Source: an uncultured delta proteobacterium (GTDB lineage: Bacteria > Desulfobacterota > Desulfuromonadia > Desulfuromonadales > BM103). From it: a stretch of 64,000 nucleotides of DNA. The stretch is taken from NCBI GenBank assembly GCA_963847735.1, contig CAWKAV010000022.1:242988-306987 (forward strand), read 5' to 3'. The notes under the pieces were generated by a model that made no database searches, was not told the origin of the DNA, and saw only the letters and a program-made list of their open reading frames with translations. The first letter of the stretch is position 1. Each line of letters opens with the position of its first letter. Shown in pieces: positions 37,055 through 47,420 of this stretch. The position numbers and the translations under genes are program-made.

Positions 37055-38602
37055 ATGGATCAATTTCACCAGCAATTGCTTGCGCCTTCAACCTATCCGG
37101 AAGCAACACGTTCCGTCGAATTCAAAGAAACTCATATCTCCCGTATTTATCTGACCGATTGCCACGCCTACAAATTCAAAAAAGCCCTCAATTTAGGCTT
37201 TCTTGACTTCAGCACTCTCGACAAGCGCCATCATTTTTGCCTCGAGGAAGTACGCCTTAACCGTCGATTTACATCCGACACTTATCTCGGTGTGGTCACA
37301 TTACGGCAACAGGACGGCAAAGCCTGTTTCAGCAATCACGGCAAAGTGCTTGACTATGCCGTCAAGATGCGCAGACTGCCCGAGGACCGCATGCTGAACC
37401 GTTTGATCGAGATAGAGGCCCCTGACCTTTCAGAGGAGATGCCACGACTGGCTATGGCCTTGCACGCAGCCTTGGACCAGGCCGAAATCTGCCGGGATGA
37501 ACCGGTACGCAATCTACAGGTGGTCAAACACAACTGTGAAGAGAATTTCACTCAAACCTTGCCCGCGATCGACAGGTGCCTGACAGCCGAGGCACACAGG
37601 CTGATGCACGCCGCAACACGACATGATCTGAATGAACTTGAGCAAACTCTCCTTGAACGCGAAGCCAATGGCTTTGTCCGGGATGGCCACGGCGACCTGC
37701 ATACAGGGAATATCTGCATGGACACTCCGGTCTGTATTTACGACTGCATCGAATTCAATCGCAGGTTCAGGATCGCCGACGTTGTCGCCGAACTGGCTTT
37801 TCTGATCATGGATCTGGAATTCCGCGGTCGCAGGGATCTGGCTGAACAACTGGTTGCGCATTATCAGGTAGATGACGAAGATCCCGGCTTCAGTCAACTC
37901 CTGACTTTCTACAAGCGGTATCGTGCCTGGGTGCGAGGCAAAGTCAGCGCCATTTTGGTGAACGATGCAGAATCAACGGCCGAAACACGCCAAAATGCAG
38001 CGAACACTGCCCGAAGCTATTTCAACCTGGCCCTGGGTTACCAACTGCAAGCAACGCTTTTTTTAACTTCAGGGCTGATGGGGGTCGGCAAAACAACCCT
38101 TGCCCGGGCCTTGGCACGAGCAACCGGCGCAAAACATCTGCGTTCCGATGTCACCCGTAAACAACTTGCGGGGTATCCTGAAGAACAGCGCAGTCCGGAT
38201 GCCTTCGTTACAGGCCTGTACTCTCTGGAGAAGACAAAGCGCACCTATGAAACACTCTTCAGAGCAACAGCAGAGACCCTTGCCATGGGGCGCAGCGTCA
38301 TCGTCGACGCATCTTTTTCCCAAGAAAGTGATCGCAGTAAATTTATGGAACTCGCCGAACAATCAGGCTGTCACGTCTGGTTGCTGCATCTCGAATGCCC
38401 TGACGATGTAAGTTTGGCAAGACTCGATCAACGCACCGGAGATGCCTCGGATGGCCGCAGGGAGCTCTTTTCGCAGCAGAAAACCAATTTCAAGCCGATA
38501 GCACCGAAAAACCGAACACTTGCAGTCGACACCTCGCGTTCCGTCGACTATAATGCACAGTTGATTCTCTGCAGAGCGTTATCCGACCAGGAGCAGGTAT
38601 GA
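37055..38602 (+). CDS. fusion of an aminoglycoside-phosphotransferase-like (APH/protein-kinase-like) domain and a P-loop kinase (AAA_33-like) domain
   Basis: APH-like catalytic region FVRDGHGDLHTGNIC..YDCIEFN; C-terminal P-loop GLMGVGKTTLARALA. Start set at the ATG at 37055. Confidence 0.7.
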   Translation: MDQFHQQLLAPSTYPEATRSVEFKETHISRIYLTDCHAYKFKKALNLGFLDFSTLDKRHHFCLEEVRLNRRFTSDTYLGVVTLRQQDGKACFSNHGKVLDYAVKMRRLPEDRMLNRLIEIEAPDLSEEMPRLAMALHAALDQAEICRDEPVRNLQVVKHNCEENFTQTLPAIDRCLTAEAHRLMHAATRHDLNELEQTLLEREANGFVRDGHGDLHTGNICMDTPVCIYDCIEFNRRFRIADVVAELAFLIMDLEFRGRRDLAEQLVAHYQVDDEDPGFSQLLTFYKRYRAWVRGKVSAILVNDAESTAETRQNAANTARSYFNLALGYQLQATLFLTSGLMGVGKTTLARALARATGAKHLRSDVTRKQLAGYPEEQRSPDAFVTGLYSLEKTKRTYETLFRATAETLAMGRSVIVDASFSQESDRSKFMELAEQSGCHVWLLHLECPDDVSLARLDQRTGDASDGRRELFSQQKTNFKPIAPKNRTLAVDTSRSVDYNAQLILCRALSDQEQV

Positions 38603-38865
38603 AAAGGGAACGCAAATTACCATTGAAAGATGCCTGGGTCATCTGGTTTGTTCTTGGTGTGGTCATGCTCAATTACCCGTTCCTGCACATATTCAACAAG
38701 GATGTACTGATTTTCGGCATACCCCTGATCATCTTTTACTTTTTCGTCGGCTGGCCGTTTTCCATCTTTATCATCTACCTTTTTTCTGTCTATCTGGACA
38801 AACATTACGACCAGAAAACAACTGAGAACACTCAGGGGACACCCCCGTCCGGAGACTCGGCATGA
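38599..38865 (+). CDS. small two-helix membrane protein (DUF3311-like symporter accessory protein)
   Basis: 88 aa with two hydrophobic helices. ATGA overlaps with both flanking genes. Confidence 0.5.
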   Translation: MKRERKLPLKDAWVIWFVLGVVMLNYPFLHIFNKDVLIFGIPLIIFYFFVGWPFSIFIIYLFSVYLDKHYDQKTTENTQGTPPSGDSA

Positions 38866-41800
38866 TCTCCGTCAGCACCGTCGTTCTGACATCCCTGCTC
38901 TATTTCGGCATTCTGTTTGGTGTTGCATATTACGCCGACCGACAACGACTGCGCGGCAACAGCCTGATTGACAATCCAACGGTCTACTCATTGTCGCTGG
39001 CCGTTTACTGCACCTCCTGGACTTTTTACGGCAGTGTTGGACGGGCCGCGACAACCGGTATCGATTTCCTGGCCATCTATATTGGCCCGACTCTGATTGC
39101 CTTTTCATGGTGGTTTTTGCTGCGGAAGATTGTACGTATCAGCAAAGAGCAGAATATTACCAGTATCGCCGACTTCATTTCCAGCCGCTACGGCAAATCT
39201 TCCTTGCTTGGTGGCGTCGTCACGATTTTCGCGGTACTTGGCATCATGCCCTACATTGCGCTGCAACTGAAAGCAGTTGCCAGGACTTTCGACCTGCTGG
39301 TCTACCCCATGGCCAACGGCAACGCCACGCACGTTCTGCCGAAATTCGATCTGCATTTTGATTCGGCGCTGGTCGTGGCACTGATCCTTGGCTTGTTTGG
39401 TGTCCTGTTCGGGGCGCGCCATCTTGACTCCTCGGAACGACACGAAGGACTGGTCGCGGCAATCGCTCTCGAATCACTGGTAAAGATCATCGCCTTTGTT
39501 GCCGCAGGGGTGGCTGTCACTTATGGTCTATTTGATGGCTTTGCCGACATATTCCGCGAATTTCAGATGCGCTTTCCGGAACGCGCCCAGTTACTGTTGC
39601 TCGGCAGCGGTGAAAATTCCTACGCTCACTGGTTGACCATGACCATCATCTCAATGATGGCCGTCATGTTCCTGCCCCGTCAGTTTCACATTATGGTGAT
39701 TGAAAACTGCCGTGAGGAGCATATCCGCAGTGCCATGTGGCGTTTCCCCGCCTACATGGTGGCGATCAACCTGTTCGTTATTCCGATAGCCCTGGGCGGC
39801 CTGCTGCTTTCCAATGGTGATACAACCAATGCAGACTTCTTTGTGATCACCCTGCCCCTTCAATATGGTCAATCATGGCTTGCCCTGCTGGTTTTTATCG
39901 GTGGATTCTCGGCCTCCGCCGGCATGGTCATGGTCTCATCGGTGGCGTTGTCCACCATGATTCTTAATCATCTGCTCATACCGATCATTCTCAAGATCCA
40001 TACCGGGGCCAGGAACCTGTCGGTCTTGCTCATCAACCTCAAACGGTCCGGCATCTTTGCCGTTATTTTGCTTGGCTACGGCTATTATAGGCTGCTTGGC
40101 GAATCTGCGGCCCTGGTCAACATCGGGCTGGTTTCTTTTGTCGCTGCAACCCAATTCGCGCCGGCAGTGATCGGTGGTCTTTACTGGCGGCAGGCAACCA
40201 GACGCGGTGCAACCACCGGCTTGATCGCCGGTTTTGTTGTCTGGTTTTACACTTTACTGATCCCCTCTTTTGCACAATCCGGATGGTTGGACAGCGCGAT
40301 TGTCGAACATGGCCTGTTTGGCCTGACCATCCTCAAGCCAACAGAACTATTCGGATTAAGTGGCTTCGATCAATGGACCCACGCTCTCTTCTGGACCATG
40401 TTTTTCAATCTCGGCAGCTACCTGACGATCTCACTGCTCACCACACCATGCGCCGAGGAACAGGAGCAGGTTCGCAAGTTTGTCGATGTTTTCGACCCGG
40501 TACCACTAACAGCCGGCAGAACTCGCATCACCATGGCCCCGACAATTATTGAGTTCGTTGACCTGATGGCGAAATTCATCGGATCGAAACCAGCCCATGC
40601 CGCAATCAGCGACTATCTTGGCAATCGGGAAATTGACGAAAAAGGCAGTCTTTCTGAATACGAACTGCCTAAGCTGAAACGTTTCACGGAGTTAACCCTG
40701 GCCGGTTCAGTCGGCGCAGCGCCGGCCCGCATTATCATCGAAAACTACCTTTCAGCTCGTGGCAGCCATATGGAAGATGTTTTCGATCTGTTCGGTTCAA
40801 TCAACATCAGCCGCACGGCGAGCCGGGAGCAATTGAGCGTCCTCTACGATGCAGCGCGGGCCGTGGCAAGTGTCAATGACCTGCAGTCGATTCTTGATGA
40901 GATTCTCAAAATCTTCACCGATCAGTTTAAATTCGACCTGTGTGTTATCAGGATCCTTGATGAGGATCGCCAGACTCTGACTGTACGCAGTCAGCGAGGG
41001 ATGACTTCAGAACATTTTGGAGAATCAGAACGTGCTCTGACAACCGAGACTTTTATTGGCGAGACTTTCCTGAACGGGAATGTCACTGTGGTCAATGACT
41101 GCGACTCTATCAAGAAGCCGAAAACGGCTAAAGTGATTCATCGCGAAAAAATCCTCTCCTTCGCCCATGCTCCCATTACCATCGAGGGAGAACCGATTGG
41201 CGTCCTTTCTGCTTTCTCGCGAACGTCGAAAGGCATCTTCACAAATGAATTTGTTGAACTTTTTACCAGTATCGCCGGGCAGGTCGGCATAGCATGGCGC
41301 AATGCACAGCAGACAGATCGGCTGATTGCCGCACGCGAACAGCAGCGTGAACTTGATATCGCAAAAAATATCCAGCTCGGGCTTCTTCCTGCCAGAATGC
41401 CTGAAGTGCCCGGCATTCAACTTGCCGGAATCTGCATACCGGCCAAAGAAGTCGGCGGCGACTATTATGATTACCTCCTGCACGAAGACGGTCGTCTCGA
41501 TCTGGTGATTGCCGACGTGTCTGGCCATAACGTGGGTGCAGCCCTGATCATGGCAGAGACCAGAACCATAATCCGTTGCCGCATCGGCAAATTTCACAGT
41601 CCCGGTGAGGTCATTCGTGAGCTTAATCAATTCTTTTACGAGGACCTGACCAAGGCAGAACTTTTCATCACACTTTTTTATCTGCAATATCACCCTGATA
41701 CACGAGCAGTCCTTTACGCCAGCGCCGGCCACTCGCCAACCCTGCACTGGAAGAGCAGGATCAAGCAATGCGTGAGCCTTAACCCGGAAGGGCTGATTAT

Positions 41801-42083
41801 TGGCGTTAAGGAAGATTTTCCGTACGAACAGGAATCTTTCGTTCTGGAGGAGGACGACGTTCTGCTACTCTATACTGACGGATTGATCGAGGCCGCCAAT
41901 AATCAGAACGTACTCTTTGGCGAACAGCGCCTTGCAGATCTTCTTGCTCAGCACTGCCATTTGCCGCCGCAAGAGTTGATTAATCATATTATTGAACAGG
42001 TTCGACTCTTTTCCGGACACCACAGTTTTATGGATGATGTTTCATTGCTCGTCATGAAAGCCGATCCATCACAAGGAAAATGA
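38862..42083 (+). CDS. sodium:solute symporter (SSS/SLC5) domain - GAF - PP2C (SpoIIE/RsbU-type) phosphatase fusion
   Basis: About 540 aa of polytopic SSS-like sequence, a GAF-like region (~aa 650-810), and a PP2C region with ..EVGGDYYDY..LVIADVSGHNVGAALIMAE..LLLYTDGLIEA..DDVSLLVMK. Confidence 0.8.
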   Translation: MISVSTVVLTSLLYFGILFGVAYYADRQRLRGNSLIDNPTVYSLSLAVYCTSWTFYGSVGRAATTGIDFLAIYIGPTLIAFSWWFLLRKIVRISKEQNITSIADFISSRYGKSSLLGGVVTIFAVLGIMPYIALQLKAVARTFDLLVYPMANGNATHVLPKFDLHFDSALVVALILGLFGVLFGARHLDSSERHEGLVAAIALESLVKIIAFVAAGVAVTYGLFDGFADIFREFQMRFPERAQLLLLGSGENSYAHWLTMTIISMMAVMFLPRQFHIMVIENCREEHIRSAMWRFPAYMVAINLFVIPIALGGLLLSNGDTTNADFFVITLPLQYGQSWLALLVFIGGFSASAGMVMVSSVALSTMILNHLLIPIILKIHTGARNLSVLLINLKRSGIFAVILLGYGYYRLLGESAALVNIGLVSFVAATQFAPAVIGGLYWRQATRRGATTGLIAGFVVWFYTLLIPSFAQSGWLDSAIVEHGLFGLTILKPTELFGLSGFDQWTHALFWTMFFNLGSYLTISLLTTPCAEEQEQVRKFVDVFDPVPLTAGRTRITMAPTIIEFVDLMAKFIGSKPAHAAISDYLGNREIDEKGSLSEYELPKLKRFTELTLAGSVGAAPARIIIENYLSARGSHMEDVFDLFGSINISRTASREQLSVLYDAARAVASVNDLQSILDEILKIFTDQFKFDLCVIRILDEDRQTLTVRSQRGMTSEHFGESERALTTETFIGETFLNGNVTVVNDCDSIKKPKTAKVIHREKILSFAHAPITIEGEPIGVLSAFSRTSKGIFTNEFVELFTSIAGQVGIAWRNAQQTDRLIAAREQQRELDIAKNIQLGLLPARMPEVPGIQLAGICIPAKEVGGDYYDYLLHEDGRLDLVIADVSGHNVGAALIMAETRTIIRCRIGKFHSPGEVIRELNQFFYEDLTKAELFITLFYLQYHPDTRAVLYASAGHSPTLHWKSRIKQCVSLNPEGLIIGVKEDFPYEQESFVLEEDDVLLLYTDGLIEAANNQNVLFGEQRLADLLAQHCHLPPQELINHIIEQVRLFSGHHSFMDDVSLLVMKADPSQGK

Positions 42084-42233
42084 TGCGCGAACAAAATATC
42101 AATACGGGAGAAATTGCCAAATATCGGTTGGAATTTCACGACGCACTACATAAATCCCCCGGCGATATGATATTATACTCAAGGAGAGTGACTGCAGTTT
42201 GAGACACCCCAATTTTTCAGCAAGGAGCGCGAA

Positions 42234-42575
42234 ATGAATTTGCAGATTGAGGACAAAGGTGCCGCCGTTTTAATGGAGGTGCACGAAGAGCGCCTTGATG
42301 CTCATAACAGTGGTGAGCTAAAGAATCAGATGCTCAAGTTATTCGAAGATGGCAAGAACAACCTGGTCGTTGACCTGCAGGCGGTTCGTTTCGTCGACTC
42401 TTCGGGTCTCGGCGCCCTGGTTTCTGGCTTTAAGAATGCCAGTTCCCGTAACGGCAACCTCAAACTGGCCGGCCTGCAACTCCAGGTTAAATCCATGTTT
42501 GAGCTGACTCGACTGCACCGGGTCTTTGAGATTTATACGGACTCCGCAGAGGCTTTAGCCAGTTTTCAACAGTAA
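42234..42575 (+). CDS. STAS-domain anti-sigma-factor antagonist (RsbV/SpoIIAA-like)
   Basis: ..LVVDLQAVRFVDSSGLGALVS.. carries the phosphorylatable Ser context. Confidence 0.85.
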   Translation: MNLQIEDKGAAVLMEVHEERLDAHNSGELKNQMLKLFEDGKNNLVVDLQAVRFVDSSGLGALVSGFKNASSRNGNLKLAGLQLQVKSMFELTRLHRVFEIYTDSAEALASFQQ

Positions 42576-42622
42576 ACATATTCGACCAGGTACATACGCA
42601 GTCCTCAAACAGGCAGAGGGCC

Positions 42623-43042
42623 ATGACCGCTGAACACATCGCTGTCGACATAAAGGTCCCCAATCAGACACGGTATCTGTGCCTGATCGGTCACATCGGC
42701 GAGAACATTGCGCGGACGCTTCGCCATTATGGTGGAGATCGTGAAAAACTGGCTTACGATCTGAACCTGGTCCTGACCGAAGCAATGGCCAACGCTATCA
42801 AGCACGCCAACGTGGACGATCCCGCCAAGGAAGTCCACATTGAAATCAGCATCGCCGATCAGCGTCTAATTATTCGGGTTTTTGATTTCGGAGAGGGCTT
42901 TGACATTAAGCAGTACGTTGAACCGCGACATCCGCTTGATGAACATGGCCGCGGCATTTATCTCATTCATACGATTATGGATGAGATCTGCTACTCGCCT
43001 ACGACAACCGGGCATGTTCTGGAGATGAGCAAGAATTTATGA
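42623..43042 (+). CDS. RsbW/SpoIIAB-like serine protein kinase (anti-sigma regulatory factor, HATPase_c)
   Basis: N-box LTEAMANAIKHA, G1 FDFGEGF, G2 GRGIYLI. Confidence 0.8.
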   Translation: MTAEHIAVDIKVPNQTRYLCLIGHIGENIARTLRHYGGDREKLAYDLNLVLTEAMANAIKHANVDDPAKEVHIEISIADQRLIIRVFDFGEGFDIKQYVEPRHPLDEHGRGIYLIHTIMDEICYSPTTTGHVLEMSKNL

Positions 43043-43066
43043 CCGAAGGTCGCCGAAAAGAAATAC

Positions 43067-44224
43067 CTAGCACAGATGCAACCGTCGCAGATACTCGCGC
43101 CTGCACCAGTTCTCAAGTTCAATCATAGCCGCGAGCGGACGGTGAAAATCCACTGTACCCGCAGCAAAAACTCCATGCCCGTAAACCACTGCAATACCGT
43201 TCCCGATCACTGGCGGAACATTTTTGGCGAGCCCCCCCGCGCCGACTTCCCCAGCCACGATCGGCACCTTTCCCAGATATCTGACTTTATCGCAATCTTT
43301 CCAGCAATCGGTAATTTTACAGCCAGGTTCTTCGCATAAAAGACTGAATAACACCGTGAATTTTGGGTGCCCGTGCACAATCAACTTGAATGGGGTCTGC
43401 TCATAAATAGCACGGTGGGCAATCAATTCACTCGATGCAGTAATCCCGGCAGTACTGGAATTATCGTTCGGCACCAGGTCGATACATCCTGGAAGTTCAT
43501 CCAGGCTGGCACCCGTCTGTGAGATCAATATCTGCCCATCCAGATTACAGGAAATGTTTCCAAAGAAAGAATCGACAAGTTTCAGAGCAACGGTGCGCTT
43601 ACCTGCCTGATCAATCGCCTCCAGAAGCTTGCCCTTTGTCGTCAGCGGCCCGGTCAGCAAATCATCCACCTGTTGCGGGATCGGTCGCTGCAACTGGTGC
43701 AGCAGAGGGCGAAGAAGTTCAAGTTCTGTCGTCGTAGGTGGCACCTCAACCAGGAGCATAAGCAATATTTTGACGAACAGGGCGTGATAGACCGATGAGT
43801 AGTTGATGTAGGCCTGCTCTACAGTGACGCTACCGGTCGCCAGGATGCCGACCCCTTCGACCAGAATTCCCTTGCGCTGTCCGAGCAGCGCCACCAATCG
43901 TCCGGGGTTGTCAACGGTGAACTCATCACATCGCACGAGTGGGATATCATGCAGGAAAGTTCTGGTTTCGGTATCCTGCGGAACCAGTGTGTGCGCATCC
44001 CCGGACAAGCGGCTCAACAGGATGTCCAAAAAAGGCAGAGGCGGCGCGGCCAGAACCAGCGATACCACGTTAAGTCGTTCAATAACCGCCTTGCCAAGAG
44101 GCAGGAGCTCTTGCGCACCATGGCTGAGCAAACAATCATCATAAGCGAAAATCGCTGTCTTGTCATGCGAAGCACTGCCGTCAAGTTGCAGTTTCTCGGC
44201 ATATTTATTGAGCTGACGAATCAA
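43067..44224 (-). CDS. class II aldolase/adducin-domain protein with an extra N-terminal domain
   Basis: The C-terminal half GNISCNLDGQILISQTGASL..SSELIAHRAIYEQ..IVHGHPKF..VYGHGVFAAG matches the class II aldolase fold pattern. Confidence 0.6.
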   Translation of the reverse strand: MIRQLNKYAEKLQLDGSASHDKTAIFAYDDCLLSHGAQELLPLGKAVIERLNVVSLVLAAPPLPFLDILLSRLSGDAHTLVPQDTETRTFLHDIPLVRCDEFTVDNPGRLVALLGQRKGILVEGVGILATGSVTVEQAYINYSSVYHALFVKILLMLLVEVPPTTTELELLRPLLHQLQRPIPQQVDDLLTGPLTTKGKLLEAIDQAGKRTVALKLVDSFFGNISCNLDGQILISQTGASLDELPGCIDLVPNDNSSTAGITASSELIAHRAIYEQTPFKLIVHGHPKFTVLFSLLCEEPGCKITDCWKDCDKVRYLGKVPIVAGEVGAGGLAKNVPPVIGNGIAVVYGHGVFAAGTVDFHRPLAAMIELENWCRREYLRRLHLC

Positions 44225-45960
44225 GGCTGCTGCTCCAGGTAGTTTGCCGCAACAAAACGGCCCTGCTCATCCAGGCCACGGATTCTGTAATATTTCTGAA
44301 GTTCTTCATCAAACCGCTGGCGATCTATCGGCGGCACCTCTATGCCCTCTCCACTGCTTCCAGCTTCTTTAAAAAACCGTTGCGGCAACAGGTCATCCAG
44401 AGCAGTGAAGCCATTCTGCAAGTTGTAATATCTTTCGGTCAGGTAGATGCGTTCACCTATCTCTTTGAGTCTCTGCGGCGAATACTCAAGGGCGGTGGTT
44501 GCCGAAAGGAGTTCCGCATATTCCTCAAGACTGGCACCAAAAAAAGAGAACTTGCAGGCGACCAGAGAATCGATGGTGGCATTACAATCCTCGGCTATCT
44601 TGATGATGCGCGCCTTGCCGGCAAAATCAAATCGGTCGGTGGCGACCGGCTTGCGCAAAATCTCATGGGAGATTGGGTAGGCACGCAGATGACAGCCGCC
44701 ACGGTTGCTGGTGCAGTAGGCCAAAGCCATGCCGTAAGCACCGCGCGGATCATAGGCGGGCAGTTCGAGCCCTTTGACAGTCATGCTCAAACCAGTCTGC
44801 CCTGATTGCCTGGCAAGGCGTTGCGACCCTTCGGCCAGCGAATCACCTTCGTCACATCGCAGGGCGATCTTTTCCAGAAGAGGACCGATCTCTTCTGCCC
44901 GTGGGAAAGCACCACGAATCTCCCCCCAGGCGGACAGGGTGGCTGCGGCGCTAATCGTATCCATACCCAATTGATTGCAAAGGTTGTTGGAACTGATGAT
45001 GGAAGCCAGATCATTGATATTATTCAACGCCCCGAAATGATTAACCGTTTCATACTCTGGAAGCGGCGTGCCGTCCTGTGTACTCTTTTTGCACTGAATC
45101 GGACAACCAAAACAGCCATGATTTTTCGGTTGGCATTGCTTGCGGATTGCCGGACCCGAGTACTGATCCGCTGCTGCGAAAACAGTTTTACGAAAGTTTT
45201 CGGTCGGCGCCATCCGCCGCTGCTTCATCAAATCGACCAGAGCCGGTGTTCCGTATTCTGCGATTCCCAGCTCGCCGTAAATAACCGGTGAGGCTTTAAA
45301 CAGTCGCATAATATCACGACGTGCCTCGTCAAACCGCTCCCGGTCGGCGACATCTGTTTTCAAATCACCATCAACGACAAGAGCCTTAAGGTTCTTGGCA
45401 CCCATGACAGCACCCAGTCCGCCCCGACCTGCCGAGTTGCCCTCTCCCATCATGATATTGGCAAACAGGACCCGGTTCTCGCCGGCAGGACCGATAGCAG
45501 CAACACTGCCATAGCGATCCAACTGGGCGACGGTCTCACCGACAGTCATTCCCCATAGTCTCCGGGCTGACAACAACTCGCCTCCTTGCGGTAATATTTT
45601 TAGTGTAACGGGCAGAGCGCTTCGACCAACAATCTTAACAGCATCAAAACCGGCAGATTTTAAACGCCAGGCAAAACGACCGCCTGCGGAGCAATCGTAG
45701 ATGGTTTCAGTTAGCGGAGAGCGGGAAACAACACTGAGGCGAGCGGCGGTAGGGGCCGGTGTTCCGCAGAGGGGTCCGACGGCAAAAATAAGCGGCATGG
45801 CTTCTGCGAACGGGTCGATTTGAAAATAATCTCGCATCAGACGAACACCGAGGCCGCGTCCGCCGAGGTAGCTTTGCAACAATTCCGCAGGAAGCTGTTC
45901 TGTCCAGATGCGGCAGTTGCCCAAATCAACGTTCAGGAGCCGGCCATGCCAACCATTCAT
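44221..45960 (-). CDS. aldehyde:ferredoxin oxidoreductase (tungsten/molybdopterin AOR family)
   Basis: MNGWHGRLLNVDLGN..YLGGRGLGVRLM.. N-terminal AOR_N domain, ..CFGCPIQC.. FeS ligands. Start set at the ATG at 45960. Confidence 0.9.
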   Translation of the reverse strand: MNGWHGRLLNVDLGNCRIWTEQLPAELLQSYLGGRGLGVRLMRDYFQIDPFAEAMPLIFAVGPLCGTPAPTAARLSVVSRSPLTETIYDCSAGGRFAWRLKSAGFDAVKIVGRSALPVTLKILPQGGELLSARRLWGMTVGETVAQLDRYGSVAAIGPAGENRVLFANIMMGEGNSAGRGGLGAVMGAKNLKALVVDGDLKTDVADRERFDEARRDIMRLFKASPVIYGELGIAEYGTPALVDLMKQRRMAPTENFRKTVFAAADQYSGPAIRKQCQPKNHGCFGCPIQCKKSTQDGTPLPEYETVNHFGALNNINDLASIISSNNLCNQLGMDTISAAATLSAWGEIRGAFPRAEEIGPLLEKIALRCDEGDSLAEGSQRLARQSGQTGLSMTVKGLELPAYDPRGAYGMALAYCTSNRGGCHLRAYPISHEILRKPVATDRFDFAGKARIIKIAEDCNATIDSLVACKFSFFGASLEEYAELLSATTALEYSPQRLKEIGERIYLTERYYNLQNGFTALDDLLPQRFFKEAGSSGEGIEVPPIDRQRFDEELQKYYRIRGLDEQGRFVAANYLEQQP

Positions 45961-45982
45961 TGGACTGTCTCCACGATATGCA

Positions 45983-46621
45983 TTACACGACGCTGGCCGC
46001 ATCATTGATAAACAGCTTCACCAGCTCACCGTGATGCTCAAGTCGCAGATCAGCCTGCAGATCTGACCGATACGCCGAGAAAGGCATTCCGGCCGCCCTG
46101 GCTGCCGCCTGGTCCAACTCTGAATCGCCGACAAAGAGAAGCTCGCCGGTCGTACAATTCAGCCGTTTGGCGACCTCATGCAGCATATCGGGTGCAGGTT
46201 TGGGATGTTCAACATCTCGGCTGGTGACAACCGTCTGAAAAAGATCGCTCAGCCCAAAATGTTCGAGGATGCCCGGCATACTGGCGCCGCGATTCGTTGC
46301 GACCGCCAAAGGGTAAAAGTTGGCAAGTTGATGCAAGGCCTCCCGCATGCCGGGTTCAGGCTCCATGTAAGGAATAAATTGCCGATAATCGAGTTCTGCA
46401 GCCAGAGAAAGAGCCCTCACAGTACGCTCTTCACCAAGCAGTTGCAAAAAAACATGGGGGCTGGCCGCAGTATGGCAGAGATGAGCTCTGGCATGGTCGG
46501 ATTCTTCTACCGGGGCCTCATCAAACAAGCTCAGGATAGCGTTGTAATAAGCCAGGTTGGCTCTGCGGCTTTCGAAGAGCACACCATCACAATCGTAGAC
46601 AATGCCACGGATGCCATTCAT
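45983..46621 (-). CDS. HAD-IA family hydrolase (phosphoglycolate phosphatase-like)
   Basis: Motif I VYDCDGVLFES, motif III/IV ..KPAPDML.. and ..LFVGDSELDQAAARAAG. ATGA overlap with the lgt stop. Confidence 0.8.
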   Translation of the reverse strand: MNGIRGIVYDCDGVLFESRRANLAYYNAILSLFDEAPVEESDHARAHLCHTAASPHVFLQLLGEERTVRALSLAAELDYRQFIPYMEPEPGMREALHQLANFYPLAVATNRGASMPGILEHFGLSDLFQTVVTSRDVEHPKPAPDMLHEVAKRLNCTTGELLFVGDSELDQAAARAAGMPFSAYRSDLQADLRLEHHGELVKLFINDAASVV

Positions 46622-47403
46622 TCTGCAGCCCTCTGTCGAAAAAGATAAAAACACCCGGCCAATCCGAACAGGATCATCGGCAGGGAGAGTAATTGTCCCA
46701 TGGTTGCGCCAATCCATAGAAAACCGAGATGAGCGTCTGGTTGGCGCACGAACTCGACCAGAAAACGGAACAGCCCATAACAGATAAAAAAGCAGAAGAA
46801 CGGCACTCCTTCGGGCACTTTTCGGCGGTGCAGGCAATAGAGAATGACGAAAAGAACCAGTCCTTCAAGGATTGCTTCATAAATTTGGCTGGGGTGTCTT
46901 GGCAGGGGGCCGCCGCCAGGGAAAACCATTCCCCATGGCAGATCGGTCACCCTCCCCCACAGCTCTCCGTTGATAAAATTCCCGATCCGGCCAAGTCCGA
47001 GACCGATCACCGAAGAGGTGACCAGGATATCTCCGGTCAGCAGCATCGGCAGTTTTCGACGTCGGCAATAGATCACCACAGCGGTCACGACGCCGAGCAG
47101 GCCGCCATGAAAACTCATGCCGCCCTGCCATACGGCAAAAATCTCCAAAGGCCGCGAGAGGTACTGCGCAGGATTATAGAACAGGACATAGCCAAGTCGG
47201 CCGCCAATGACAACACCCAGGACTCCGTAAAAAAGCATATCCGAGATACCATCACTGGTTATGGCAAGATTGCGCAGACGGGACAGATGTCTGATCAGCA
47301 TAAAAGCTACGCCAAAACCAAGCAGGTACATCAGTCCGTACCAACGAACTGCAAGTGGCCCTATTTGAAAAATAACCGGGTCAATTTCAGGGAAAGTCAT
47401 CAT
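46618..47403 (-). CDS. lgt: prolipoprotein diacylglyceryl transferase
   Basis: ..IRWYGLMYLLGF.., ..GRIGNFINGELWGR.., ..HPSQIYEA..EG. Confidence 0.9.
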   Translation of the reverse strand: MMTFPEIDPVIFQIGPLAVRWYGLMYLLGFGVAFMLIRHLSRLRNLAITSDGISDMLFYGVLGVVIGGRLGYVLFYNPAQYLSRPLEIFAVWQGGMSFHGGLLGVVTAVVIYCRRRKLPMLLTGDILVTSSVIGLGLGRIGNFINGELWGRVTDLPWGMVFPGGGPLPRHPSQIYEAILEGLVLFVILYCLHRRKVPEGVPFFCFFICYGLFRFLVEFVRQPDAHLGFLWIGATMGQLLSLPMILFGLAGCFYLFRQRAAE

Positions 47404-47420
47404 TTTTGAGTTACCATACC

